Counted from the first letter of the stretch, positions 20,966-31,600 are shown. The stretch: 64,000 bases of DNA from Flavobacteriaceae bacterium (GCA_021647985.1 JAKITQ010000004.1:24975-88974); one strand, 5' to 3'. The notes: generated by a model from the sequence alone, not told the origin. Numbers and translations are program-made.

Positions 20966-22411
20966 TTAGATTTTTTTATTCTTTCTAAAAAACCTAAAAT
21001 ACGACAGTATCAATGTATAAGATAAAAAAGCAAAACCAATGGAAAACAGTAAAACGCTGTATTCCTCATACATCTCGGTATATCCTTTTACCGCATCTAT
21101 TCTTGAATTATAGTTAGTAGCTAACAATAACATAAATGAGGCTCCTGATAAACTTATTAATACAATTACTTTGTTATTTTTCCATTTAACTTTTTTTAAA
21201 GTATAGTTCAAAAACAACAACCAAAAAAACCATGAAATAACTTGGTAAATGTTTAATGTTCTAAAATAGTCGTGAAAAAACCTTAACGGACTTGACCATA
21301 AATTATCTTGTGTATAATACGGTCTGTCTTTATACATCAATACTTGTAATTTATCTTGTTCTCTGTTTCTAATTATCTCAATTATTGCTTCTTCTTTATC
21401 TGTGGCATTCAATTCTTTCCAATTTGCAATTTTAAAAGCATTCCAGATAGAAGCAGCCCTACCATATCCATGAAAATCTAAGCCTCCAACCATGATAAGG
21501 TTGTTTTCAGTACTAAATTTTTTAATTTTTTTATAAAGTGCTCTATCGTAATAAAGTTCTTTCCCTACATTTTCAATTTCATAACCATCAACTTGCAATT
21601 TTTTATGATAATCTAAGGTATTATTCTGTTTATTAAACCAATGATTGATTAACACAACACCATTGTACTTATGGGTTGCTTTAACTACTGTAGAATCATT
21701 CATACCCTTGGTTTCAAATTTATTTTTTAAGCCCAATAAACTCATGTGGTTGGTTCCAGAAAATTCTTGACCAGTCATAATTAATGGGTATGGGGCGATT
21801 TTTTTTGCACTTTGTTCTTTTGCTAATTCAAAAGTTTTTACATGATTTGCATGATCGGTTATAAAAAATGCATCAAAATTATTTTTTTTATGCCACTCCC
21901 ATAAATCCATTTGTGATATAAGTCCATCATGACTATATTCTGAATGTGAATGTGTGGTAACCAAAACTCCATCTTGTGAATTATTTATTATCGTGTTGTT
22001 TGGCAAGGGAATAAAAATAATTACAACAAAAAATGAAAACCAAATACCAACAACTAAAGGTAAGTTTGTGATTTGATTAAGGAGATAACTTTTTTTATTC
22101 AAGCTGTGTTTTGCAAAAAAGTATTTAAGCAAGGTATTGATAAAATAAAATCCTATAATCCAATACAATAAAATCACCAACTCCTCCAAAGCATAAAGGG
22201 AACGGTTAAAAAATAATAAAACACCAATTACTGGTTCAAATATTATTCGCCAAATCGATATTTTTATACCGTATTCATTAACAGTTTCTATGGTTAAAGC
22301 GTCTTCAATATGTACAGAATAAGGAAAAGCAAAAGCCAGAATAATTATAATAATTATAGGTGACCAAATTAAGTATTTTTTAAATTGTTTGTACATATTT
22401 AAATATATCAA
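20966..22411 (-). CDS. Integral-membrane PHP-domain metallo-phosphoesterase-like protein
   Basis: THSHSEYSHDG, FITDH, GQE, NHW, EIEN, GLDFHG PHP motifs between N- and C-terminal TM bundles. Confidence 0.78.
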   Translation of the reverse strand: MIYLNMYKQFKKYLIWSPIIIIIILAFAFPYSVHIEDALTIETVNEYGIKISIWRIIFEPVIGVLLFFNRSLYALEELVILLYWIIGFYFINTLLKYFFAKHSLNKKSYLLNQITNLPLVVGIWFSFFVVIIFIPLPNNTIINNSQDGVLVTTHSHSEYSHDGLISQMDLWEWHKKNNFDAFFITDHANHVKTFELAKEQSAKKIAPYPLIMTGQEFSGTNHMSLLGLKNKFETKGMNDSTVVKATHKYNGVVLINHWFNKQNNTLDYHKKLQVDGYEIENVGKELYYDRALYKKIKKFSTENNLIMVGGLDFHGYGRAASIWNAFKIANWKELNATDKEEAIIEIIRNREQDKLQVLMYKDRPYYTQDNLWSSPLRFFHDYFRTLNIYQVISWFFWLLFLNYTLKKVKWKNNKVIVLISLSGASFMLLLATNYNSRIDAVKGYTEMYEEYSVLLFSIGFAFLSYTLILSYFRFFRKNKKI

Positions 22412-22506
22412 AATTTTATGCAGTAAAGATACATTTATACTTAGGCTATAGCAACTTGCTTTTTATCATATATACATCATATTTTATCATGTAAGTATCA
22501 TAAAAA

Positions 22507-22553
22507 CGTCCGTAAAAAAAGAAAGGTTAATATTCTTTCAATTTTTACGGACG
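22507..22553 (-). terminator. Probable rho-independent terminator
   Basis: Inverted repeat CGTCCGTAAAAA...TTTTTACGGACG followed by a T-run on the minus strand, downstream of the DUF1080 gene. Confidence 0.7.
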
Positions 22554-22636
22554 AATAAATTTACTGATTTTTCTTGCAATAGGTTATTTACTTAGTTTTA
22601 ACAACCTTAAGAATGTTCAATATTTTAAAAAAGTAA

Positions 22637-23434
22637 TTACATTTTTTTAATCTTAATGTTTCTATACCAAACATCATCACCATGGTCTTGTAAACCGATA
22701 TATCCTTTGGTTGGAACATCTGCCCAGTTTTTATTTAGTTTCGGGAATTTACTTCCGGCTACCAATTCATTCCACTCTGGTGTCCATAAGTGATATTCAA
22801 CCACAGTTTCACCATTCATTTTATGTATGACAGTTCCTTTGTATACAATAATTTCTATCTGATTCCACTCCCCTACAGGTTTTGCGTTTTGTGGTTTCGC
22901 CGGAATCAAATCATAAAGTGAACCAGATTTTCTGTTTCCATCTTTACCTAACTTGGCATCCGGGTGTTTGTCATTATCTAAAACCTGCATTTCTGGAGCT
23001 GTTCGCCAAATTTGGTCGAAACCTTCACTTCCGAGGTAAAAAATTCCCGAATTACCACCTTCAGATATTTTCCATTCTAATTTAAGTGTAAAGTTTTGGA
23101 ACTCTTCATCAAAAATAATATCGCCACCTTCTTTATTTCCTGCCTCGCCACGACCAGAACCAAGACATTGGATTGTACCATTTTCAATAACCCATCCGTT
23201 AGGAAAGTGGTCCTTTTTATAGCCTCTCCAATCATTTGAAGTTTTTCCATCAAACATTAAAACCCAACCATCTTTTTTTTCAGCTTCAGTCAAAGCATTT
23301 AATGGAGATTCTTTTTTCTCAACTATCTTTTCTTCTATAATTTTTTCTTTTACTTCTTTCTTCACTTCATCTTTACACGAAAAAAAGAAAACTAAAGTCA
23401 AAAGCATCATAATATTTCTAATCATTTTTATCAT
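22637..23434 (-). CDS. DUF1080 lipoprotein (BT2157-like)
   Basis: Lipobox FFSC, FDGKT, GNSGIFY, PEMQVLD, SLYDL, GEWN, LQDHGDDVWYRNIKI. Confidence 0.9.
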   Translation of the reverse strand: MIKMIRNIMMLLTLVFFFSCKDEVKKEVKEKIIEEKIVEKKESPLNALTEAEKKDGWVLMFDGKTSNDWRGYKKDHFPNGWVIENGTIQCLGSGRGEAGNKEGGDIIFDEEFQNFTLKLEWKISEGGNSGIFYLGSEGFDQIWRTAPEMQVLDNDKHPDAKLGKDGNRKSGSLYDLIPAKPQNAKPVGEWNQIEIIVYKGTVIHKMNGETVVEYHLWTPEWNELVAGSKFPKLNKNWADVPTKGYIGLQDHGDDVWYRNIKIKKM

Positions 23435-23462
23435 TTTTATTGTTTTTATTATTTTATATTAA

Positions 23463-24941
23463 TTATTTAGGCATATCTGGTAATGTCCAACCTTGTTCAT
23501 AATTGTGTTTAATCAATTCTTCTGCAAATTGTTTAGCATTTATTGGATCTGTCCATTCTTTATTAAAGGTAGGGTGTCCATCATGGATAGAGAAATTATC
23601 TTTTTTAATAATCCTAATAGTTTCGTCATCATTAATGTTGGTGAATTTCATATTCTTACCATCCCATTGTAATTCTTTATTTAAATTTTGTAAGCGTACA
23701 GCAAGTACACCCATAACAACCATTTCATTAAACGGACCTGCTTCATTGAATGAAGAAGAAGATTCTACTCTATTTTTAGGGCTTTCTTTTGCCGCTCTAA
23801 TCCAATCTTGTTCATGATTCACTTCAATTCTACGTCTGAATTTCGGTGCATTTGGAACTCTACCTGATAACAACCAAGGTTCTACGCCATAACACCCACA
23901 TATTAACGTGTCTTTTGTACCATGAAACATTACACCACCTCCAGAATCATTCATGCTTTTACCATCAGGCCACCCTTCAGGTTTATTTGGTTGTAAACCA
24001 CCATCAAACCAAGTTACTTCTACTTCTGGTAACCCCATTTTAAGATTAGATTTTCTTTTTGGGAAAGTTAGTGTTACCTTTTCGGCATTAGGAGCCGAAT
24101 CTGATAGTAATAAAGTTGAACTACCCTGAACAGAAGTTGGGTAACCCAATTCAAGACCAACAAAAACAGGGTGTAATATATGGCAAGCCATATCTCCAAG
24201 AGCACCAGTACCAAAATCCCACCAGCCTCTCCAGTTCCATGGTGTATAAATAGGGTTATACGGTCTCTTTTTTGCAGGGCCTAAAAACAAATCCCAATCT
24301 AAAGTATCAGGAGGCGTAGTTCCTTCTGGTCTCGGTTGTCCCTGAGGCCAAATTGGTCTATCTGTAAATGCTTCAACCTTAGTTACTTCTCCAATTTCAT
24401 TATTGGCCAACCATTCGGTAATTAAATTAACCCCTTCACCTGAAGCACCTTGATTACCCATTTGTGTGGCAACTTTATGTTTATTTGTTAAATTGGTTAA
24501 TAATCTTGATTCATAAACCGTATGTGTCAATGGTTTTTGTACATACACATGTTTACCCATGGCAATAGCATTTGCTGCAACAGTGGCATGCGTATGATCA
24601 GCTGTTGCCACCATTACCGCATCAATAGATTTACCCATTTCGTCGTACATTTTTCTAAAATCCTTATACTTTTTTGCTTTGGGAAAATGTTTAAACACGC
24701 GATCTGAATATTTCCAATCTACATCACATAGCCCTACTATATTTTCAGATGACATTCTTTTAAGGTTACTAAAACCCATACCTCCTACACCAACACCTAC
24801 AATATTTAATTTATCACTTGGTGCTTTATAACCAAAACCACTAATTACATTGCTTGGTAAAATGGTGAATCCAGCCATAGCGACTGTGCTTTTTCCTATA
24901 AAATTGCGTCTACTTATTTCTTTTGAATCCTTTTTTATCAT
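23463..24941 (-). CDS. Tat-exported Gfo/Idh/MocA oxidoreductase (BT2158-like)
   Basis: SRRNFI Tat, APSDKLNI.GVGVGGMG, ATADHTH, QKPL, TQMGNQG, WRGWWDFGTGALGDMACH. Confidence 0.88.
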   Translation of the reverse strand: MIKKDSKEISRRNFIGKSTVAMAGFTILPSNVISGFGYKAPSDKLNIVGVGVGGMGFSNLKRMSSENIVGLCDVDWKYSDRVFKHFPKAKKYKDFRKMYDEMGKSIDAVMVATADHTHATVAANAIAMGKHVYVQKPLTHTVYESRLLTNLTNKHKVATQMGNQGASGEGVNLITEWLANNEIGEVTKVEAFTDRPIWPQGQPRPEGTTPPDTLDWDLFLGPAKKRPYNPIYTPWNWRGWWDFGTGALGDMACHILHPVFVGLELGYPTSVQGSSTLLLSDSAPNAEKVTLTFPKRKSNLKMGLPEVEVTWFDGGLQPNKPEGWPDGKSMNDSGGGVMFHGTKDTLICGCYGVEPWLLSGRVPNAPKFRRRIEVNHEQDWIRAAKESPKNRVESSSSFNEAGPFNEMVVMGVLAVRLQNLNKELQWDGKNMKFTNINDDETIRIIKKDNFSIHDGHPTFNKEWTDPINAKQFAEELIKHNYEQGWTLPDMPK

Positions 24942-24974
24942 ACTTTTAAATTTTAGATTAATTAACTTTTACTA

Positions 24975-25997
24975 CTATATAACTTTTTGCAAACTAAATG
25001 CAGTTTCAATTATTTTTATTGTTTCTAATACTTCTTCAGGTTTTACTACTATTTCAGCATTATCCTTTAACACTTCATAAACATTATCGTAAAAACCCAT
25101 ATAATTTCCAGGTAAACTTTCAATTACCTTTTTTCCTTTATCCGATATTATTGTTCCCCAATATTTTTTATCTTCTTTACCCCAAGTCTTTGAATTTGGT
25201 AAGATTCCCTTTTTTAAAACATCCTCTTGCGGATCGATTCCAAATTTAGTGAAAATTCCTTTACTTCCCTTAATTATATATCTCGGGCCAAGATCTTCAA
25301 TTAACATACCAGCAGTTAATACAACTTTTAAATTTGTATAATTCAATACCAACTTAAAATAATCATCAATTGGTGAGTTTTTCCTCTCTGTTTTAATAAT
25401 AGCCTCAAGGCTATTCGGTTTCCCAAATAGATCTATGGCTTGATCTATTAAATGTGATCCTAAATCATATAAATTGCCACTACCTGGAGATTTTATATTT
25501 TTCCAACTCAAATTTACATATTCTGGTTTAAATCTGTCAAAATGAGCTTCGTACTCATATATTTTACCCAGCGCATTGTTTTTTAATATGCTTTTTATGG
25601 TTAAAAAATCAGCATCCCATCTTCTGTTCTGATAAACAAATATTTTTTTAGCTACTCTTTTTGAAATGTCAATCAATTCATCCGCCTCCTTTGAACTTGT
25701 TGTAAATGGTTTTTCAACAATTACATGTTTTCCTGCAAGTAAGCATTCCTTTGCCATTTTAAAATGTAAACTGTTTGGCGAACAAACAGCTATTATATCT
25801 ATAGAAATATCTTGTAATAAATTTTTATAATCTGAAACAACTTCTACATAAGGATATTTCTTTTTTGATTCCTTGGTCGACCTTTCTACTATTTTTTTTA
25901 ATAAAAACCCTGGATGTATATGAATAAATGGTGCATGAAATACTCGTCCCGATAATCCATATCCAATAACACCAACATTAAGTATTTTCTCAGCCAT
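24975..25997 (-). CDS. Cytoplasmic Gfo/Idh/MocA oxidoreductase (YdgJ/IolW-like)
   Basis: GYGLSGRVFHAP, EKPF, YQNRRWDADF, DLGSHLIDQA, KFGIDPQE. Confidence 0.88.
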   Translation of the reverse strand: MAEKILNVGVIGYGLSGRVFHAPFIHIHPGFLLKKIVERSTKESKKKYPYVEVVSDYKNLLQDISIDIIAVCSPNSLHFKMAKECLLAGKHVIVEKPFTTSSKEADELIDISKRVAKKIFVYQNRRWDADFLTIKSILKNNALGKIYEYEAHFDRFKPEYVNLSWKNIKSPGSGNLYDLGSHLIDQAIDLFGKPNSLEAIIKTERKNSPIDDYFKLVLNYTNLKVVLTAGMLIEDLGPRYIIKGSKGIFTKFGIDPQEDVLKKGILPNSKTWGKEDKKYWGTIISDKGKKVIESLPGNYMGFYDNVYEVLKDNAEIVVKPEEVLETIKIIETAFSLQKVI

Positions 25998-26001
25998 TTA
26001 C

Positions 26002-26847
26002 TTAAATGTTTTTTAAATACGTATAGCTTTTTGCAAGGCTTTCAAATACAGGTATTTTAAAAGATTCTTGTTCTAAAAAGAAATGTTTCATTCCTGATAA
26101 TTTACTTTCAGCAAAAATTTGTTTAAAATCAATTACCCCATTTCCAACTTCTGTTGAATCGTTTGGTGCTGCCTTTTCCATGTCTTTCATATGGAACAAC
26201 TCGAATCTACCCGCATATTTATTTATATAATCTATTGGTTCATACCCTCCTCGTTTTACCCAATACGTATCCATTTCAAATGTTACCAAATTCGGATCTG
26301 TATTTTCAATTAGAATATGATATGGCAACTGTCCTTCCATTTTTTCAAACTCAAAACTATGATTGTGATAAGCAAATTTCAGCCCTGCCTTTTTGCATTT
26401 TTCTCCAATAAAATTAAATTCATCTGCTATTTTTTCATAGGCATCTATAGAAGTTCTGTTCTTACTTTGAATTGACGGTTTTACTAAATAATCCATTCCT
26501 GCATCTAAGTGACTCTCAATCATTTGGTCTAAACCCTTTAATTGAACATTGCAATGACTACTTAATGGTTTTAGACCATAACCTTTCATGTATTTATTAA
26601 ATTCTTTAGGTAATTTATTGTAAAATTTTCCTTCTTTATAACCTGCCGTTTCCACTATGTTATAACCTATTTTAGCTATTTTAGATAAAGTTCCATCAAA
26701 ATTCTCTTTAAGTTCTTTTCTAATCGTATATAATTGAATGCCAATTTGTTTATTTTTTACCGTATTAAAAATATTTGTTGGCTGTATAATTGTTAAAGCA
26801 GCTGCAGCAGTAGCAGTGTTTTTAATGAAATTTCTTCTGGTTGTCAT
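26002..26847 (-). CDS. Tat-exported xylose-isomerase-like TIM-barrel protein (AP_endonuc_2; BT2156-like lyase candidate)
   Basis: TRRNFIK Tat, GIQLYTIR, YHNHSFEF, EMDTYW, HMKD, EQE. Confidence 0.88.
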   Translation of the reverse strand: MTTRRNFIKNTATAAAALTIIQPTNIFNTVKNKQIGIQLYTIRKELKENFDGTLSKIAKIGYNIVETAGYKEGKFYNKLPKEFNKYMKGYGLKPLSSHCNVQLKGLDQMIESHLDAGMDYLVKPSIQSKNRTSIDAYEKIADEFNFIGEKCKKAGLKFAYHNHSFEFEKMEGQLPYHILIENTDPNLVTFEMDTYWVKRGGYEPIDYINKYAGRFELFHMKDMEKAAPNDSTEVGNGVIDFKQIFAESKLSGMKHFFLEQESFKIPVFESLAKSYTYLKNI

Positions 26848-26916
26848 AGGATTAGTTTTTAATATTATTAATATTGTATGGTTCTTAAATGGTTATTATT
26901 GCATATAAAATCTTAA

Positions 26917-28149
26917 TTATAATTCTTTGATAAAAAGATCTTTCCACCTCACTTTAATTCCTCCACCACTATGAATTTGTAAGGCAACAACACCAAACCC
27001 TTCTCCAATTTTTTCATCCACTAGGTCTGTCATTAATTCATTATTTAACCAAACCATAGTTCTGTCACCCTTTACTTTTATGATCATTTCATTCCATTCA
27101 CCCTCTTTTAGTACATCTTCCTTATTTTCTGGTATTTTATAAAGCCAGCCTCTGCCATAAGATTCATAAATACCCCCTGTATCGTGTCCTTTAGGTGCAA
27201 CTTCTACTTGCCATCCACTTATTTTTGTGCCTGCAATTGATGATCTTATAAAAACACCACTATTACCATCAGATTCCTGTTTGAATTTTAATCTAAGAAT
27301 AAAATCCTTGTATTTTTTATTAGTAGCTAAATATCCGTATTCTTTATCTTCACCACTTTCACATATAAGTTCTGAATTATTTACATACCATTTTTCTGTA
27401 CCATGAATTTTCCATCCCTTTAAATTTTTTTCGTTAAAAATAGACTTTCCCTTATCTGTAGTATTCTTGATTTTCATATTTCTAAACATGGTCATCCCTC
27501 CGTGATCTTGTAATCCAATATGTCCTTTTTTAAAAATCCCGTATTCCGGATGGTTTTTCCACTTACTTTCGCTAACATTCTGTTTCCAGGAATCGGACCA
27601 TAATTTATATGACACTACTTTTACTCCATTTAACCAATGTTCTACCTGGTCATCTTTTACAATGATTCGCGAAGTATTGAATTCATCTAAGGGCTTAACT
27701 TTTGCTCTTATTGGGGCATTCATTGCGTAATTTGCACCACTCTTTAGATTATCAAATTTATCTGGCCAGCTGGTATCATCCAGTAATTGAAATTCGGGTG
27801 CCGAACTATAAATGGCCTTTCCTTCAATTTCATTTACATGATAAAAAACACCGCTATTGCTTTTACTTGCAATTTTCCATTCAAAATAGAACTCAAAATC
27901 TTCATAAATTTCATTGGAAATTATATCACTGCCATGATCACTTCCAACACCTGAATTTTGAAGTACACCACCAACAACATCCCACCCAGAAATAGATTGT
28001 TTGCCATAATTTCTCCACCCATTGGTTGTTTCACCATCAAATAAAAGTTTCCAACCATCTTTTTTCTCTTTTTTCGTAAGTGTATTTTGAGCATGAGTAA
28101 AATTACATGTAACAATTATTAAAAAAAGTATAAGGAATTTTTTAACCAT
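26917..28149 (-). CDS. Secreted tandem DUF1080 protein
   Basis: Signal peptide; two DUF1080 repeats (LFDG..NGW, NSGVF, LQDHG; NSGVFIR, EWN, LQIHSG). Confidence 0.9.
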   Translation of the reverse strand: MVKKFLILFLIIVTCNFTHAQNTLTKKEKKDGWKLLFDGETTNGWRNYGKQSISGWDVVGGVLQNSGVGSDHGSDIISNEIYEDFEFYFEWKIASKSNSGVFYHVNEIEGKAIYSSAPEFQLLDDTSWPDKFDNLKSGANYAMNAPIRAKVKPLDEFNTSRIIVKDDQVEHWLNGVKVVSYKLWSDSWKQNVSESKWKNHPEYGIFKKGHIGLQDHGGMTMFRNMKIKNTTDKGKSIFNEKNLKGWKIHGTEKWYVNNSELICESGEDKEYGYLATNKKYKDFILRLKFKQESDGNSGVFIRSSIAGTKISGWQVEVAPKGHDTGGIYESYGRGWLYKIPENKEDVLKEGEWNEMIIKVKGDRTMVWLNNELMTDLVDEKIGEGFGVVALQIHSGGGIKVRWKDLFIKEL

Positions 28150-28456
28150 AATAAATGTTTTAATTATTTAATTTAAATGACGAAAATAAACGTAATTAAT
28201 TTAAAATCAAACTTTAATTCGTCTAAACTTAATTTAAAATAATTTTAAGATCTTACTTAAATATGAAAATTATTCTATTTTGTGTATTAAATTTGATTAC
28301 ATGTCTATTGAAGACTATAAATATTATTACATCTACATATAATTAAACCATTTATTACAAATTTGATATAATTAATTAATTCGCCAAACCAAATTGACAA
28401 TTTAAATTTAATTTCATTAAAATAAATATAATACACTTATTTAAATTTATAAGAAT

Positions 28457-28759
28457 TTATATCAAAGGCAATGTATTTAGAGCATCTAATTCAATTTCTT
28501 TAAAGTATTTTGCCGTACAAACTTTCAATTCCATTGTGGCATCTTCGTCACAACAAATCATACCATGTTGATGTAATTGTAACATAGAAACTGTCCACAT
28601 ATGATTAACTCCTTCATCAACCACTTTCATTAAAGCTCTTGCTTTGTTGTAACCGCTAATAATTATTACTAACTCCTTAGCATCCATTACTGTTTCTACA
28701 CCCACTGTAAGTGCAGTTTTGGGAATCTTATTGATATCATTATCAAAAAACCTGTCCAT
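28457..28759 (-). pseudogene. nagB: C-terminal fragment of glucosamine-6-phosphate deaminase (NagB)
   Basis: [26 protein letters not shown]...[14 protein letters not shown]...[11 protein letters not shown] matches the C-terminal ~100 aa of NagB; the GH109 stop codon is only ~30 bp upstream, so the N-terminal part is missing. Confidence 0.85.
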
Positions 28760-28790
28760 TATGACAGGTTTAAACTTGGTATTTTACAAT

Positions 28791-30158
28791 TTATTCCAAT
28801 CCAAAAATTGGCTTATTTGTCATCCATTTTCCTCTTGTGAAATCTGGAAAAAATTGAGGAGATCCATTACTGGCAATGGAGGCCTCAGATAAAGGAGTTA
28901 TGGCACTCCAAGCAGCAGCATCGTAAACATCAATTGGTGGCTGTACTTCATTCTTTACACTTTCAATAAATTGTTTGATTGTAAAATAATCTATACCTCC
29001 GTGTCCCGCCCCTTTTGCTTTGGCTTCCTCTTCTTTCCATAATTTATGATCGAATTTCTTAAAGTACTTGTCATAATCTTTACCTATTTCCCATTGGTGT
29101 TGTTCTGATTTACCTTCTATATATATTCTTCTTCCTTCATATTCACCTCCCCAAACACCTTTGTTACCATGTAATTCAAAACCCCAAGAATAAGGTCTTG
29201 GTAAATTAGTATCATGACTAATTACTATGGTTTCTCCGTTGGCTGTTTTTATAGTAGAAGTTACAATATCACCCAATTTCCATTTTAATTTTGCATTGGG
29301 GTGATCTTCGCCACCTTGAGGATGATTTATAATATATTGATGCAAACCAGTTGATTTTGTTGCCACGGATGTAATCGATACAAATCTATTTCCTCTATTG
29401 ATATCAAACCATGTAGCAACCGGACCCACACCATGGGTTGGATAAATATCTCCGTTTCTTTTTAATGAATGCTCCGTTCTCCACCTTGCTTCTCCTTTGG
29501 CATTTTTCCCAAACTCAACCCCTGGATCGAACTTAATATGACGTAAATCATGCTTATAACCACAAGTTGCATGCACTATTTCACCAAATAAACCTTCACG
29601 AACCATTTTTAAAACGGCCATAGATTCACGTGCATAACAAACATTCTCTAAGATCATACAGGGAACATCTGTTTCTTCAGATGTATTTACCAAATCCCAG
29701 CATTCTTCAATAGTATTTGCCGCACTTACTTCAATCCCAGTATATTTTCCAGCTCGCATCGCTGCAATAGCCATTGGTGTATGCCAAAGCCAAGGGGAAG
29801 AAATAATAACTCCATCAATATCATCTCGTTCTAACATTTTTAAATAGGCATGGTCATCACCGGTATAAACTTCAGCCTCTTTTCTCGAATGATCTCTTAA
29901 TATTTTTTGAGATTTAGTAACGGCCTCTGGATCAATATCACAAAAGGCAGTTATTTCAACATCTTTATATTGACATACATTTTTTAAATGACTTCTTCCA
30001 CGACCACCAACACCTATAAAAGCAATATTTAGTTTGCCATTTGGTTTAACTCTTGAAAATTGTATTTTTTCGCTAGCAGAAATAATGTTTGGTGCAAGTG
30101 CCATACCAGCACCAGCAACCGATATTTTTTTTATAAAATCTCTTCTTTTTAATTCCAT
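28791..30158 (-). CDS. GH109 NAD+-dependent glycosidase (alpha-N-acetylgalactosaminidase-like), Tat-exported
   Basis: KRRDFIK Tat, LENVCY, YPTHG, RPYS, GHGGIDY catalytic-His motif, DVYDAAAWSAI, FPDFTRG. Confidence 0.9.
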   Translation of the reverse strand: MELKRRDFIKKISVAGAGMALAPNIISASEKIQFSRVKPNGKLNIAFIGVGGRGRSHLKNVCQYKDVEITAFCDIDPEAVTKSQKILRDHSRKEAEVYTGDDHAYLKMLERDDIDGVIISSPWLWHTPMAIAAMRAGKYTGIEVSAANTIEECWDLVNTSEETDVPCMILENVCYARESMAVLKMVREGLFGEIVHATCGYKHDLRHIKFDPGVEFGKNAKGEARWRTEHSLKRNGDIYPTHGVGPVATWFDINRGNRFVSITSVATKSTGLHQYIINHPQGGEDHPNAKLKWKLGDIVTSTIKTANGETIVISHDTNLPRPYSWGFELHGNKGVWGGEYEGRRIYIEGKSEQHQWEIGKDYDKYFKKFDHKLWKEEEAKAKGAGHGGIDYFTIKQFIESVKNEVQPPIDVYDAAAWSAITPLSEASIASNGSPQFFPDFTRGKWMTNKPIFGLE

Positions 30159-30175
30159 GTTAAATCAATTAATTT

Positions 30176-30283
30176 CTATTCTTGTAAAAATAATAAATCG
30201 GAAGGGGTAATTTGCTTTTCAAAGCTAAAACTTTCCATTTGTAACGCAAGATCTTTTCCCCACTTGCCTGAAAATATTCTATC
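30176..30283 (-). pseudogene. Probable C-terminal remnant of an unidentified gene
   Basis: Open frame DRIFSGKWGKDLALQMESFSFEKQITPSDLLFLQE* ending 17 bp before the GH109 start, preceded directly by an in-frame stop. Confidence 0.35.
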
Positions 30284-30445
30284 TTAATTTGATGCATTCT
30301 CTTAAATACATGACAAAAAATAAAAATATTTGTATATTATCTTTGCTTTCAGGGTTTAACAAAATATTAGCCACATATTCATCATGTTAATAATAACCAT
30401 TGTGTGAAAAGAGACATCAAGTTAATCTAAATTCTTAGCTTTTTA

Positions 30446-31600
30446 TTAGTCCAAACCTAAATATTTTATTATCGCCCCATCTCCCATAATAGCATTGCTT
30501 GGCCTTGGATTTTCTTTTGTAAAAACCCTTAAATCGTCTTCGGGTAATATTTTAACAAAATCTTCTTGTATGGTATTTACAACATTTACTTTACTTACGT
30601 TTAGTTTTAAATGGTATGCCAAAAACATATAAGCAGCTGCTCGTTTATTATAACCGTAATCATGTTTTTCGGCAGGTAAATGAACATTTTCCACTTTGTG
30701 TTCGGCATTATAAAGTGCATAAACACTTTGAATATATGGATACTCAATTCGTGGTGTATTTCTTGTCCAATCTTTACCATTTGAAATCAACAATAAAGGT
30801 CTTGGCGCCGAAAGCGCCGCAATTTCAACATTATTGGTTTGATAATCTTTACTTTTATGAATAGGCATCCCACTTTCACAAACACATCCACCAAAAAAAT
30901 GCGCTGAAACCTGAACAACAGGTACAGAAACTTTAATTCTGTCATCAATAGCTGTTAAAATAAACGTTTGTGTTCCTCCACCTGATGCACCTGTCATACC
31001 TATTCTGTTAGCATCAACATCCGGTCGAGTTAATAAATATTCTAATACTCTTCTACTGTTCCAAGTTTGTAATAATAAGGCAATTGGCATTCTGTGTGTA
31101 ACTTGTTTAGATTCGGCATAACCAATCATGTCATATGAAAAAACAATGGCACCCATTCTAGCCAGAGTGGCACTTCTGGATTGCACATCTGTTTTAAAGC
31201 GTTTGTCTGCCATATGCCCGTGTGGAGAAAGAATTGCCGCATATTTCTTTTTTGATTCTATAGGCCGATATATATTTCCCGTGATAAAAAAACCTGGAAA
31301 ACTTTCAATGGCAACATTTTCTAAAATATAACCATCCATTTCTCTAGTATTTCTAATTATTGGATTGAAATCACCTTGAATATTAGGCATTTTATCCAGC
31401 TTCATCCCCGAGATAATTCCTTCTTTAATCTTTGCAGCTCTCTTTTCCCATGAAGCTTTGTCATGCCATTCTTTAGTGAATTTTTTCATTTCTAAATTCG
31501 CTTCATCTTCGGTCCAGTATTTTCCTATGCAGAGTAGATCATCTTGAGCAATTATTGGGCTGCTGAAATAAAGAAAGCCAAGTAGTATTAGTTTTTTCAT
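30446..31600 (-). CDS. Secreted alpha/beta-hydrolase, acetylxylan-esterase-like
   Basis: Signal peptide, PHGH, GASGGGTQT nucleophile elbow, GGCVCE, APRPLL, HDY. Confidence 0.82.
   Translation of the reverse strand: MKKLILLGFLYFSSPIIAQDDLLCIGKYWTEDEANLEMKKFTKEWHDKASWEKRAAKIKEGIISGMKLDKMPNIQGDFNPIIRNTREMDGYILENVAIESFPGFFITGNIYRPIESKKKYAAILSPHGHMADKRFKTDVQSRSATLARMGAIVFSYDMIGYAESKQVTHRMPIALLLQTWNSRRVLEYLLTRPDVDANRIGMTGASGGGTQTFILTAIDDRIKVSVPVVQVSAHFFGGCVCESGMPIHKSKDYQTNNVEIAALSAPRPLLLISNGKDWTRNTPRIEYPYIQSVYALYNAEHKVENVHLPAEKHDYGYNKRAAAYMFLAYHLKLNVSKVNVVNTIQEDFVKILPEDDLRVFTKENPRPSNAIMGDGAIIKYLGLD

Noticed and set aside
28150-28456. Very AT-rich spacer as an origin or regulatory RNA
   Set aside because: No DnaA-box cluster or stable structure visible; consistent with an ordinary promoter region.
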